DNA of 63,302 bases, filler included, from Octopus bimaculoides (GCF_001194135.2; 4 parts of 2 records of this genome joined end to end with filler, not necessarily neighbours in it); one strand, 5' to 3'. Shown: positions 1-13,070, counted from the whole stretch's first letter. The notes: generated by a model not told the origin, from the sequence alone. Program-made: numbers and translations.

Positions 1-58
<58 letters not shown>

Positions 59-407
59 ATATATATGTATTGTATATATTTACATATATAATATATTAAT
101 GGTGATAGAAAGCGATTGTACATATAATGGCTTATTTGCGGTGTTTATAAGACCGACCTCAAACTATTATTTGTAAAATCGTTGTTGTTCTGCTTCGTTT
201 CATCTCTGATCAATATGTCGTTCAGCCATAACCATCTCGTTGGGGGAGGTTTTCGATTTAGAAACCAATTCGCCTGTTATTTCTTGGAGGTCGAGCGACC
301 ATTCGTGCTGCATTTTCTTGTAGAGAACAGAGTAGGCGTTTGTATTGTAGCCTGAATGATATTACTATCTGTGAAAGAGCATAGTTGCAAAAATAGCTGT
401 CATATTA

Positions 408-548
408 TGGAATCTCGTTTTGAATCTACACGGTTTCGGGTTTAGTCTCACTCTGTAGCACCAAGAAAGTGTCTTCTACTGTAGCTGCGGACCGACCAAT
501 CCCAAGCAGTGAATTTCGTAGTGGAATCTGAGGAAGTCCGTCGTATAT
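408..548 (+). mobile_element. Degenerate SINE family A head (tRNA/CORE-like part)
   Basis: Diverged match to the head seen at 16189 and 34076 (ggtttcgggtttagtctcactctgtagcacc...agtgtcttctactgtagc...gaagtccgtcgtatata). Confidence 0.55.
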
Positions 549-554
549 ACATGC

Positions 555-960
555 ATATCATTGTTCAGTTTATTTCAAGATTTCTTGCCAATAGAGAAAG
601 AACCGGTTTCTAACCTAGATCCAAGTCTCCTTCATCGACATTTCAACATCAACAGAGTAATTTTGTATGAATGTATGTATATGTGTAGATTTGTATGTTT
701 TGTTTTATGTATGTATTCTCATGCATATAGTTTCATGTCTAGACATGTTCATATATACTTAAATGATAAACTTCTAGAGAGATTTACAAATTTTTACAGC
801 TCCAGTGATGGCTTGGATCAGCCTTCTCCTTTCTGGTTTTGAGAAACAATTCCCCAAGACTGGTATTTAGAACGTGTGTTACATATCCCAGTCCCCCAAT
901 AATTACAGGTATAAACCTGAACTTGATTGTCTGGGAAGTTGGTGATGTACATGTAACAGA
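555..960 (-). mobile_element. 5'-truncated R4/Dong-type LINE 3' end (family X)
   Basis: Minus-strand KFRFIPVIIGGLGYVT, typical of a restriction-like endonuclease C-terminus. It is the reverse complement of the copy at 55286-55749, including the 3'UTR (ttggatctaggttagaaaccgg). Confidence 0.75.
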
Positions 961-1439
961 AAAATGGTTGTGCATTAATTAGTCTTCTATTGTTAATTGA
1001 GATCATTATAAATACTTACACTACTACCTTTCTCCCCATAAAGAAATAAACCCCAAAACGGTTAATTGTAAGGCGTAGGTATTGTGATTTTCTAGTATGG
1101 GAACAGGTATTCAAAATATACGTAAGACCCATGGATAATAGCAGATGTGCAGATAACGCTTTGGCCAACTCGAGGCGATTGTAGAGAGACTTCCTTTAAG
1201 GTGCTGTGCGTTGGAATCGAACCAGACACCATGTAGTTATGATGTATAACTTCCTAATCACACATATACACGCGCCCTTTTATCTATTCTGGCTTTGGAA
1301 GTTTTATGATCTAAAACTTGCACGAAACTTTACAGTTGCAAAAAGTTTTTACATATGCAAGTACGAGAAAGTTTTCTTTACTTACAAAGTTACTTTTAGT
1401 ATATATCTCTGAACAAAAGAGAAACATAACTGCTGAATT

Positions 1440-2070
1440 ATGGAAACACGCTACCTTGACATTTCCGTTAAGATTATTATCATCCATTTTAAAGAAATGT
1501 AACTAAAATGTCTTTGACACAAAAGGGAACATTTTATCAAACAGTTGGGAGATGGCGCTTTCTTTTGTTGAGGAAAGATCATGACTAAAACGCCAACATG
1601 AAAGTCGGTTATTCTTTCAATACAAACAAATGACCGCCTCTAAACAATATTCTACAGTTATTCGAAGATGACCTTTTTCAGAATGATCAGCATTATTAAA
1701 CTCAAAAATACCAGAAACCAATTCCAGAAAGACTTAAAGAAAAATTGCTTCAATATCAATAAAAACATTTTTGTACAATCTGATAAGGCAAAACATTGAT
1801 TGGCCAAACAAAACAACCAGACATTCCTATCTAACAGTAGCACCATCGCATACAAAAAAAATATTACATTGAATGTAAATGACACTCAATGCAGAAACGG
1901 TAAAAGATAGTAATTGATCTAGACATAAACGATAGATTAAAAACATTATCTCAACAAAATTAGTGCTTTGCATTCAAAGAGCATAAGTATAATTTTGCAA
2001 ACAATCTCTCATCTTGTAGACACATCAACGCCACCAAAACAAACATCGGAATAATAAGTAAAGATATCGA
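1440..2070 (+). mobile_element. Decayed Penelope-like element ORF, region upstream of the RT core
   Basis: Frameshifted translation FEDDLFRMISIIKLKNTRNQFQKDLK..IFVQSDK..FKEHKYNFANN..CRHINATKTNIGIISK resembles PLE pre-RT motifs (ADKT, KDHK, CRLINP). Confidence 0.6.
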
Positions 2071-2654
2071 GGCAAGATCACCGTGGAATAAAGTTGGCCT
2101 TGGATTTAGTCTCTCCCCACCAAAAGAAAAAAACGTAAACAATCTAATTCTGATGTTTTTAAATCTATTACTTTCCCAAAAACTTTTCATTCACCATAGC
2201 AACAGGGTTTAATATTATTCTGCAAAGGAGAAGAGCCAGTGTTTTATTTTTGTTTTTTTTTTTTGGTTTTCTTTTTTTGTTTTTTTTTTTTTTTATTTGC
2301 TGTAGTTTCAGCTCAGAGCTGCGGCCATGCTCATTCACCGCCGTTGATGAAAAACATAATCCACTCTAACTTCGGTATAAATTTGATGCTGAATAACAAC
2401 AGAAATTAACTATATCATCGGGTTTTAACGTAAATTTCTACACAATAAATCTTCCTACATCGTTAGTGGCCTGTGACAAACCTACCAGTCATTGTAACTT
2501 AAATTCTCATATATATACTTGCATACACATCTCATACACATGTGTATGAGATGTGTATTCAACTTGTTGACAAACAACGGCAGTAATTTTATTCAAGGGA
2601 AAGGATCCCATTACACCGCCACAACGTCTTGTTGGCAAACCACAGCAGTAATTG

Positions 2655-2859
2655 TTTTCACCTCAATAGACGTCAGTGATTGGTTGAAATTACCGAAACA
2701 CGACAACTTTAACACGAAATAGCTTCGAAAAAAAAATGAATTTTCTTTAAAACGCCAAGAGTAAATGATGTTTTAAATGACACGTTCTACCAGTATACGA
2801 AATTTGAAAGTGTTACAAAAAATTATTTTTTCTATGTGCCGGCCAAAAGGAAAAGATCC
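2655..2859. mobile_element. Solo arm of the TIR element seen complete at 28622-29191
   Basis: Shares gtcagtgattggttgaaatt..cgaaa..gacaa..tttgaaagt..aagatccc with the right arm 28995-29191. Confidence 0.65.
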
Positions 2860-3742
2860 CACTTAGATATTTGAAAATATATATTAAAAAAACATTTATA
2901 AATACGTAGGCATTTTAAAATAGAAGACGTCGATATGAAATAGGATATAGTAACTTATAAGTTCATAGGATATGTTATAAGGACTAAAGATTTCAAGTTA
3001 GAACACAAAGCGTGGGGAAAGTAGAAAGTCAGACATGCTACAGCCTTTAACGGACATATTAAAATTAGAGACAATGTTAAATGAATCCAAAAGTTTCGGA
3101 GACGTGTTAGTTAATATGACATGAATTTCATATTTTAAAAGAACCAGACACTCGCCTCATTTGGAGGCTCCACAACACGAAAGACACCATGAAGACTATA
3201 CAAAAAGGGACAACTCACATAATCACGTTCCAGCGACTTCGAAAAAACTTTGACATAATTGTTATTCTCTTTATATAATTGCATATCCAGTTAAAGACCT
3301 ATGCAAAGTCTCATTCAGACCAGTCCATTATGGTATTTTTATTGTATTTTTAATTCTATTCTCATACTTATCCAAAACTAGCCATCCCAAGTTCAAGTCA
3401 TACCAATTACGTCCTTGCTACGTAATATAACATCTACTAGTATTTACTTCATTAATTAGAGTATAATTTTGAATTATATTACAAATTTTATATTACAAAT
3501 TTATATTTTACATTTATATATTACAAATTTATATTACAAATTTTAAATTTTAGATTTTAAATTATATTACAAATTTTAAAATTTAGATTTTAAATTATTA
3601 TTTCTATCATTATTTCTAGTTCGTATTACAACTTTTCTTTATTAATACTCTTATTCTTATTCTTATTTTTATCTTTAAACTTCCTCAAAAATGTCGAGTT
3701 GATCTTATGCGTGCAAGCCTGAATTGCATCAGTACTGATGCA

Positions 3743-3957
3743 ATTCAACGGCAGAATTCCTCCTATTTTTCTGGACTGCCATGTTAGCTTGACAATAACT
3801 ATTAATATCCAGTACCGCTGCCGTAGTCACCTTTAGAGAGACTTGATTCGTGTGTCACATAGCTAGCTAGAGACGATAGCCTCTTGGAGCTAATCAACGG
3901 CAGCATTCTTCCTACTTTTCTGGACTGTCATGTTAGCTTGGCGATAACTATTAATAA
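3743..3957 (+). repeat. Direct repeat pair of about 65 bp
   Basis: caacggcagaattcctcctatttttctggactgccatgttagcttgacaataactattaata at ~3745 recurs with a few changes at ~3895. Confidence 0.8.
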
Positions 3958-4174
3958 TAATTATGTTAAATTCAAATTACGATAAACGTAAATAAACAAA
4001 CGAAGTTTGCTTTTAGAGGCGTTGAGATGTCTTAGAAAGTTAAAGAAGTGATTTTAAATTCTCAGTCGCAGGATAATGCTAATAATATAGCCTGAACGGG
4101 ATACGCTACCCCTATTTTGCAGAAAAAACCGCCTACACTTTTTTCTGCAAAATATATATACACATTTATGCACG

Positions 4175-4385
4175 CGTGTCTGTGCTTCTCTTCTTACCAT
4201 CGCTTTTCAACTGACGGTGGTGTGTTTATGTCCCCGCAACTTGCGGTTCGGCCAAAGAGTCCGATAGAATAAGTACTAGGCTTACAAAGATTGATTCCTG
4301 GGGCCAATTTCTTCGACCAAAATCCTTCAAGGCGGTGCTCCAGCATGGCCGCAGTCAAATGACTGAAACATGTAAACGAATAAAA
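4175..4385 (+). mobile_element. SINE family A 3' half
   Basis: ggtgtgtttatgtccccgcaacttgcggttcggcc..gatagaataagtactagg..gcggtgctccagcatggccgcagtcaaatgactgaaac; recurs more than 8 times in the window. Confidence 0.85.
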
Positions 4386-4820
4386 GTATACACATATATT
4401 TATAAGCGCATACATATACATATGCACAATCACACGCACACATTCAAAAGTTCATACACATACACACTTACGTACGTTGTCTCTCGCCAATTTTGAAAGA
4501 TGGTTTCATAATATTACTTTGACACGACAAAAAAAATTACAAATCTATGTATAAAAATATATAAATAAATAAGAAAAAACACACAATTTCATAATGGGTG
4601 GCGGGAGAAGGAGGAGGGAGAGATATGAGATATATAAGTGTGTATGTTATTTTAAGAAAAAGCAAGGAAGAAAAATTATTTAAAAAATCATGATAATATT
4701 TATACGTCTATGTTATTAGCCACTCATACAAACACATACACACATGTACATATATACATACATTTTATTGTACGTAATTGTGACATTTAAAGACGTGTAC
4801 ATATACACATATGTATAAAA

Positions 4821-5042
4821 TTATAATTAAGGGTATCTATGAGATACCATCATGCTAGAAATAGCAGCCAAAACTTGAATCTAAAACCACATTAAATATT
4901 CATACAGCACCAGGAGAGAAGAATTTATTTTGTCTCTTTGTCTTCTCTCCTGGTGTTGTATGAACATTTAAGGTGGTTTTAGAGTCGAATTTTGGCTGCT
5001 ATTTCTAACATGGTGGTATCTCTTAGATACCCTTAATTATAA
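4821..5042. mobile_element. 222-bp foldback (MITE-like) element
   Basis: Arms 4821-4922 and 4941-5042 are inverted repeats with about 9 mismatches in 102 bp; 18-nt loop. Confidence 0.8.
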
Positions 5043-5127
5043 GTGTATCGCATTAATGATAGAATTTCAAGCACTGGAAATATACAAGAAAACAGAAAGA
5101 ACTAATGCGATTATTGTTAGAATAAAG

Positions 5128-5162
<35 letters not shown>

Positions 5163-6032
5163 CAGTAGTAGTAGTAGTAGTATCTGCTGTTGTTTAACTC
5201 ATGGTCGACAATGAATAAACTCTACGCCGGTGCTGACAAAATTACGTTAACCGATGTAATTTCTGCATTTTCACATTTGTCGTCAATGCGACATGATTTC
5301 TCGAGACGTTTACCACAGTATATATAATCACTAATTACTTTCCCTTAGATTTATTTCGCTACTGATTCATTTACGAAACAACGTTTCTGCTCCTAGCATG
5401 GATTAAAAACTTCTTATGATACATTGAGATTGTAATAATTTCACTAATTTCTTAGTCATGATTGGCAAAAGAGAAACCGATTGGCTTTGTAAATATTTTA
5501 TCTCATGGAAAAATATATACGTTCTTTTTATATTTTTCACTATAACTCACCACGTGGAGGAAAACATCTGCCCTAAAAATATTTTCATCTGCTACAATTT
5601 GGAAACCTAGATTTCATAATCATTCTCATTCATTTAAATATAGACAAAAAAAAGGCTATTTTTGTATTTCACTATTGTCGACGTCACTGGATAACTAAAG
5701 ATAAAAAATAAATATCAGAATTCTACGCTATGATAATTAGAAACTTAGGCATTTTATGTCACAACAATTAGGTATCTATTTATTAAATGCAGCAAACCTT
5801 CTAAAAGAATTAAAGTTATTATATAATATATTAAAAGCTATTATAATTAAGAATTGAGATATCTTAATTTCTTTTTTTTCTAAGTTTATGGCTACATCTT
5901 ATTGTAAAACTCCTATTAGAATTCAATAAAATTATCTTAGAAGTAATTATATAATGCATTTCTTAAAGCAAAGATCTACTAATATAGTATGATGGTGCAT
6001 AACTAATAATGGACCACTTGATACACACACAC

Positions 6033-6092
<60 letters not shown>

Positions 6093-6604
6093 CATAAGTA
6101 TAAATTATGTTTTTCCCTATTCTGGGTATGATTGAGCAAGCGTTTGCTCAAAGGTGCTGCGGTTGTAGACATACCATATCTCAGTGCGTATATGAAAAGG
6201 ACAAACTTTTGCAATGCAGAAACTCGAAAGCTGCACGGGTTTCAGGTATGAAGAAGTTGCACAACAAATATCTAGATTGCGTTTATAATTTACATATTTC
6301 TCACCCTTGGAATATTAATGCTCGATTGAATTGCATAGTATACAGCAAATTAACGTCAAATTGAACACAAAATTGACATGAAACATTAACATCGCAGTAA
6401 TATTATACGTAAATAATATCAAACTTGAATAATTATATGCAAATAAGCCAAACGATGGGGTATTTACATTATTGCTCGTCGTTCTGGGAATAGCAGGCAC
6501 AGATGTTCTTCAAAATCATCCAATTCCGTCTTAAAGAGAGAACGCTTAGCAATAGAAAAGCCAACGAACATAAGCGTTGATATACAAAAACGACAACATC
6601 TTTT

Positions 6605-6827
6605 ATCTTTTACTTGGTTCAGTCGTTAGAGTACGGCCATGCTGGAGCACCGCCTTAAAGGATTTCTAGTCAAATGAATCGACCCCAGTATTTATTATTT
6701 TGTTTTAAATCTTAGTACTTATTCTATTGGCTTCTTTTGCAGAATCGCTATGTTACGGTGACATAAACACACCAACACCGGTTGTGAAGCGGTGGTGGAG
6801 GGCACACACACACACACACGCACACAC

Positions 6828-6863
<36 letters not shown>

Positions 6864-7025
6864 TGGGTTTCTTTCGGCTTCCGTCTGCCAAATCCACTTA
6901 CAAGGCTTTTGGTCGGTCCAAGGCAATTATTATAGAAGACACTTTCCCAAGGTGCCGCGCAGCAGGACCGAACCCGGAACCATGTGTTTCAGAAAAAATG
7001 CTTCTTACTGCACATCCACGCCAGC
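6605..7025 (-). mobile_element. Complete bipartite SINE family A with an internal (CA)n linker
   Basis: 3' half 6605-6802, microsatellite 6803-6861, tRNA/CORE-like head 6862-7025 (ccttgggaaagtgtctt on the minus strand). Confidence 0.85.
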
Positions 7026-7832
7026 TCATAACAGTGAAGTGTTGTTTGAATATAGATTTGTTTGTGCAGAGCAATTAATCGATAACTTGCAACTGTTAGT
7101 GTTGTGGTGATAGACGATAACATGTGGAATGTTAAGATGGATTCATCGTACTCTTACAAAGACTAACGCACCTCGTGTGACAGTAGATGACATGTGGAGT
7201 CACGGATAGCAGTAGTCGAAGTAGGTCGTGAGAGTGCATAGACCTTTTGCGATACACTTAGAACCAGGAACTTTTCAGTAGCCCCTCGTAAAACCCGTGG
7301 TGAAATGCTGACACATTTGTTTTTTGTAGGAAAGAAGTGCATCCTACTTGTAGTCAATTACGGTAAATATGGGCGTTACTGTTTAATTCTTTGCTTGAGA
7401 GAGAAAACGAGAGAAGTTATCTATCTTGTTAGGAGTAAGTCAGTTTGGCAACCAAAATCAGAAAGAACAGAATATGTATCAAGAGAAGTGTATAGTAAAG
7501 AAAAGATTCAAAGCGGGAAGAGAGGGAACAAAAGGTGATTCAGAGCGAGCTAGAGAGGTATAGACATACGTATAGGAAGAAAGGAGTTCCGTAGCAACCA
7601 TTTGATTCGGCAGATTTCGACTGCGAATCATCACGTGCATACTTTCATCTGATGAGTGGGAATCGTTATTAATATCAACTTTACATGAAACTCCGATTCT
7701 TGGGAATCGTTTGCCATTGCGATCGTTATTAGAGTAGATTATACACTATCACTATACAGTTGATTACTTACTGGGTTTTGACCAGCAACTACTTACATTC
7801 ACATACAGACACACACACACACACACATATAA

Positions 7833-7894
<62 letters not shown>

Positions 7895-8327
7895 AAAAAT
7901 TTGCAGTGAGATTTTCTTAAGTCAAAAATTATTAATTATATAAATAAACTCTTTAAACACTAACAGAATCACACGAACTTTTTAGAATTGTGTTGATGCA
8001 TAATATCCGTTGCAGTTCTTGTTAAAATAAAATTCAACCCGCCACATACATATATGTGTGTGTGCATGTGAATGTCTATTTATGTACGTATGTATATATG
8101 TATGTATGTATGTATGCTTCTATCTAACTATATATCTATATATATATATATATATATATNNNNNNNNNNNNNNNNNNNNNNNNNNNNNNNNNNNNNNNNN
8201 NNNNNNNNNNNNNNNNNNNNNNNNNNNNNNNNNNNNNNNNNNNNNNNNNNNNNNNNNNNNNNNNNNNNNNNNNNNNNNNNNNNNNNNNNNNNNNNNNNNN
8301 NNNNNNNNNNNNNNNNNNNNNNNNNNN

Positions 8328-8371
<44 letters not shown>

Positions 8372-8407
8372 TATATGTATATATATATACATATACATAT
8401 TTGCATA

Positions 8408-8445
<38 letters not shown>

Positions 8446-8591
8446 CACACACACACACACATATATATATATGCATATATATACACATATACGCATACAT
8501 ATCCTTATGTGTATATCTATAAGTTTGTGCGTGTGCTTGCATGTGTGTGAGAACTTGTTTGAAAATACTCGGACGTAGCGTTATATAAGTA

Positions 8592-8631
<40 letters not shown>

Positions 8632-9126
8632 ATGCATAGCAGCATTTGAATTTTTTTAACAAAACAATTCGTTCATATATGTGTGAATGCATAAACATGA
8701 AGGTGCATATACGTGTATACACAAACATAAACGGATATGTTGTTATTGATAAGTTCTTTACGAACTCAGTAACCCCCAAAATATACGTCTCTATTACGCT
8801 GATCAATAACTCTCTCTACTTCTTTCTCTCCACTCAGCTTCTTTCCATCGCCAACATCATTCTCTTTACCTCCAACTGCATTCTCTCCATCTCAAGTTTT
8901 TACAGTTTCTTTGTATCTCTTCATTTCCCTTCACTTTGCTTTAGTCCATCGCAGTTTCACAAGCAAATTTCTTCACTGTTTTTTACCAAGGATATGGAAA
9001 ATATTTTTTCTCTCTTTCCTTGTAGAACGATGTGAGCAGTTGCAAATTTAAATTCTTCCTGCTCCCAACAGCATAGAAACAGGATTAAGAAAAACCTTAT
9101 ATTGGCGTATGTATATATGTATGTGT

Positions 9127-9206
<80 letters not shown>

Positions 9207-9207
9207 A

Positions 9208-9238
<31 letters not shown>

Positions 9239-9275
9239 GATGTATATGTATATACATGTATGTATATGTATATGC

Positions 9276-9311
<36 letters not shown>

Positions 9312-9327
9312 GTACAAACACACAGAT

Positions 9328-9365
<38 letters not shown>

Positions 9366-9423
9366 GCATATATAATGTGTGTGTACATGTATGTATATAT
9401 ATGTGTGTATGTGTATGAGTGTG

Positions 9424-9461
<38 letters not shown>

Positions 9462-9550
9462 CAAGTGTGTTTGTGTTTGTCAGTACGTTTCTACGCACGT
9501 ATTTGTGTTTGTGTGTGTAAGTGCGTGTGTACGTATGCGTTTGTGTATGT

Positions 9551-9584
<34 letters not shown>

Positions 9585-9883
9585 CTGTGTGTCTGTGCGA
9601 GTCCGTGTGTGTATGTGTAATTGAGTGTGTGTGTATTTGTGCATGTGTAAACCCAAGCATGCACATACATTTATATTCCGTGGTTATAAAACAAAATCTA
9701 GAAGCGAAATGAAATTAAAACGATCCTTTCCGTCCTGTGTTCAAATTCCATCGATGCCAATATTTTCTTTTTTCTCTTCTGAGGTCCAGAGAAAGGAATA
9801 CATGTTTAGAACCGAAGTGAGTTCAATTTTCACGACTATACTCACTCATATCCAAAAGTCTGGGTACCTCTCTACCTTTACTA

Positions 9884-10783
9884 TTAGGTTGTCAAGAAAG
9901 TTCTTGCGGTTTTTAACCTTTAAATTCAGATGCACATATCTCGGCTCAAACAAAACTTTATTAATCGAAATAAACACCATCAAAATTAACACATTTTTGC
10001 CAACGCGGAACAAGTTTATTTATGCCAGAAGCGTAAAAATCCTGTTTTCTGGTGGCGATGAAGTCGTTGAAGGTGTGTTTGGCATCGTCTTGGTTTTTGA
10101 ATTATTTCTCACGCAGGAAGATGTCGAGATGCTTGAAAAAGTGGTAGTTGGTAGGCGAGAGGTCTGGTGAGTATGGTGGATGAGGCAGGGTTTCGTAGCC
10201 CAATTCGTTCAACTTCTGCAGGGTCAGTTGTGCGACGTGCGGCCGAGCGTTATCATGGAGAAGAATTCGTCCTTTTCTATTGACCGATGCTGGCTGTTGT
10301 TGTCGGAGTTTCTTATGCATTTTATCCATTTGCTGACAGTACTTCTCTGCCATAATGGTTTCGCCTGGATCCAAAAAGCTGTGATGGATGAGACCGGCCG
10401 CAGACCACCAGACAGTCACCACGACCTTTTTTTATGCAACTTTGGCTTCGGGAAGTGCCGTGGAGCTTCGTCGGCGTCCAACCACTGAGCTGAGCGTCGC
10501 CGGTTGTCGTAAAGAATCCACTTTTCATCGCAAGTCACAATCCGGTCGAGAAACGGGTCGTTCTTGTTGCATAAAAGAAGGGAAGACGACACTTCAAAAC
10601 GGCGTTTTCTTTGGTTGTCGTTCAATTCGTACAGCACCCATTTCTCAAGATCTTTTGTTTTTCCAATCCCTTTCAAGTGGTTGGAAATTGTCATGTACAT
10701 TACGTCTAATTCAGAAGCAAGCTCTCGAACAGTTGTGCGTGGATTGGCTTCCACTAAGGCTCTTAGTTGATCGTTGTCAACAT
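9884..10783 (-). mobile_element. Mariner DD34D transposon, 5'-truncated, frameshifted transposase
   Basis: [46 protein letters not shown] motifs. Stop at 9961-9963. TIR TTAGGTTGTCAAGAAAG follows a TA at 9882. Confidence 0.95.
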
Positions 10784-10789
10784 ATTTAT

Positions 10790-11005
10790 ATGTATGTATA
10801 TATTTGTGTGTCTGTGTTTGTCCCTCCACCATCACTTGACAACCAATGCTGGTGTGTTTACCCCCGTAACTTAGTGGTTCGGCAAAAGAAACCGCTAGAA
10901 TAAGTACTAGACTTACAAAGAATAAGTCCTGGGGTCGATTTGTTCGACTAAAGGCGGTGCTTTAGCATGGCCGCAGTCAAATGATTGAAACAAGTAAAAG
11001 AGGAA
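10790..11005 (+). mobile_element. SINE family A 3' half abutting the mariner truncation
   Basis: Near-consensus match to the copies at 24270 and 39051. Confidence 0.9.
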
Positions 11006-11624
11006 AAAGAGTAAGTATGACGCAATGTTTAAAGAATGAGAAGAGGAAATTATGATATGCAAATATTGGAGAAATTCTGAAGTATCTATTATAGAAGAAT
11101 TTAAAATATTCGATGTAGAAGCCAAAATATGCAAAAGCCATAATTGCTTTGAGAACTATATATATTCAACTAACATTGCGTTTTAGAAATGGCTTCGGTT
11201 TTTATCATGCAAATGTAACATTTGTAAAAAGATTTCAATTTTCAAATAATTTAAAAGATTTTTAAAGTGGTTAATAATTTGGAGTTATGATTTAATGACG
11301 TGGTTTGTCTGACAGAATTGCAGGAGTGTCTTGCGGTAAAACATTTATTTGCGAATCTTTATTACTGTGTTCAAATCCTGCAGAATTCAGCTTTGTTTTT
11401 CATTCTTTCGCGATCGATGAAGTTTAAAACCCAAGCTGGAGGTTGATGGTATAGACGTTTCTATCTGCCATCAAAGTTGCTGTCAATGTGCCTAAATAAG
11501 AAACCATTATGCAAATATAATATTTGTAGAACATTCCGATACATATGTTCTTTTACTTGTTTCAGTCATTTTACAGCGGTCATGATGGAGCACCGCTTTG
11601 AAGGATTTTAGGTTTTGTTACCAC

Positions 11625-12560
11625 GCTGCACCTCCACCATGCAGGCCCATCGAACAGCTTTGGTCCCCTCGTTTCTTAGAGTACGCGCCTTAGATCTGAC
11701 AATGCAATCTTTATGTTTCGCATTGAAGAACTGTTCTAATGCCATTTTCGCAGCTAGCACTGCCACTACAAATAGTCTCGCCTAGTTCAACTACTAACCC
11801 CACCTCCTTTCCTCGATGTCATTTCTGATGCATCTCAGCGCCACCTCAATATCTACTTGGGCTATTAAAGTCGCTCTTTTCGTGTCATCAGGGACGCATC
11901 TGAAAAGCACCGTTCTTCTCTCCACTGCTTCAATTGCCTCTGACGGAATAGTTAGACTGGCCCACGTTTTCTCTTGTTTAATTAGTTTCCATGCTTGCGT
12001 TAGAATCTGTTCCCTATTTGTGAGGTCCACTGTAAAGCGTTGTTTCTTCTTCGTTGCTGCTGCTGCTGCTGCGAACGGGCTTTTGCTGTTGGTACTGTTC
12101 TCATTGTTGTTGTTGCTGCTGCTGCTGTTGTGGTTGTCGTTGTTCTTCTCGATGTTGTCGGTATTGGTTTAATTGTTGTTGCTGTTGTCACTTTTGCTCT
12201 CGTTACTGCTATCGCTACAGCCGCTGCAGTTGCTGTCTTTTCGTGGTCGTTCTTGCTGTCATAACTACTACTGCTGCAGCTGCTGTCACTGTTGCAGTTG
12301 CTGTTGTCTTTGCTACCGCTGATGCTGTTTCTGCTACTGTTGTTCTTACTGTTAGGTGTACATTGTACCTGGACAATCTTGTTTTTCTCCTCCTCCCCTC
12401 CCCCTGTATTGTTGCCAGCAGCGAGGAGAAGCGGATGGAAATCTTCAGCTGTTGCCATGCTCGTAGGAGGAGTTGTTTTATCTTTTCTCAACTCTTTCAA
12501 GACGCACTCCGCCATTTTGTTGAGTTGTATTTGATTCAATTAAATTAAACGCCCACCGAA
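11625..12560 (-). mobile_element. Tx1/L1-like LINE remnant: ORF1 start joined to an ORF2 linker fragment
   Basis: ORF1-like low-complexity N-terminus, then WASLTIPSEAIEAVERRTVLFRCV. Downstream KHKDCIVRSKARTLRNEGTK..EVQRGNK resembles the L1/Tx1 EN-RT linker (IRSR..EK). Confidence 0.5.
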
Positions 12561-12767
12561 ATTATTTGGTGGGATGAATATGGTCCCTCTAGGGGCTAAA
12601 ACAACGATAGAAAACCAGTTACAGGTCCTGGTGTTTTTATTCACAACTTGGAATGAAATGAATACTGCAAAACAACACCAATTCTGGTGTAAATAAATAT
12701 TTTGAACAAAACTTACTTGGAGCGTTCGAAAACACTTCCGATGTATTTCGCAGCAAATATGATAATG

Positions 12768-12813
<46 letters not shown>

Positions 12814-12828
12814 TAATAATAATAATAA

Positions 12829-13070
12829 CGAGAATACTAAAAATGAACCCGACCGCTTTCAAAAATTAATTTTAAAAAAACGGAAAAATAATCCAGAATC
12901 CTTGTCCGGTATCGGATAGATCCCCAAATCTAATCCGTTCGTGCCATTCACGAGGCTAAACATCCCTGGAAGTTTCAACTGAACCCATCCACCGGTTCTT
13001 CAGATCTCTTGTCTACGGACAAACAAACACGACTGAAAACAATACCTTCGCCTTCGCTAAGGTGGAGACA
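12829..13070 (+). mobile_element. Helentron/HINE-like non-autonomous element within (TAA)n
   Basis: atccagaatcc..ggatagatccccaaatctaatccgttc, (caaa)n, terminal aaaacaatacc plus hairpin ttcgcctt-cgct-aaggtgga; (TAA)n on both sides. Family assignment is from memory of similar elements. Confidence 0.5.

Noticed and set aside
6145-6245. Frame RLLKGAAVVDIPYLSAYMKRTNFCNAETRKLHGFQ ending at CAG|GTATGA
   Set aside because: Acceptor is poor and no homology is recognised; too weak to list as a feature.
7649-7712. CTGATGA...GAAAC hammerhead-like spacing
   Set aside because: Only a 3-bp stem II, a bulged stem III and no stem I pairing; likely chance.
8058-9712. Many long YI/CV/HT-repeat ORFs here and throughout the window
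   Set aside because: They are translations of (TA)n, (TG)n and (CA)n microsatellites and are not coding.
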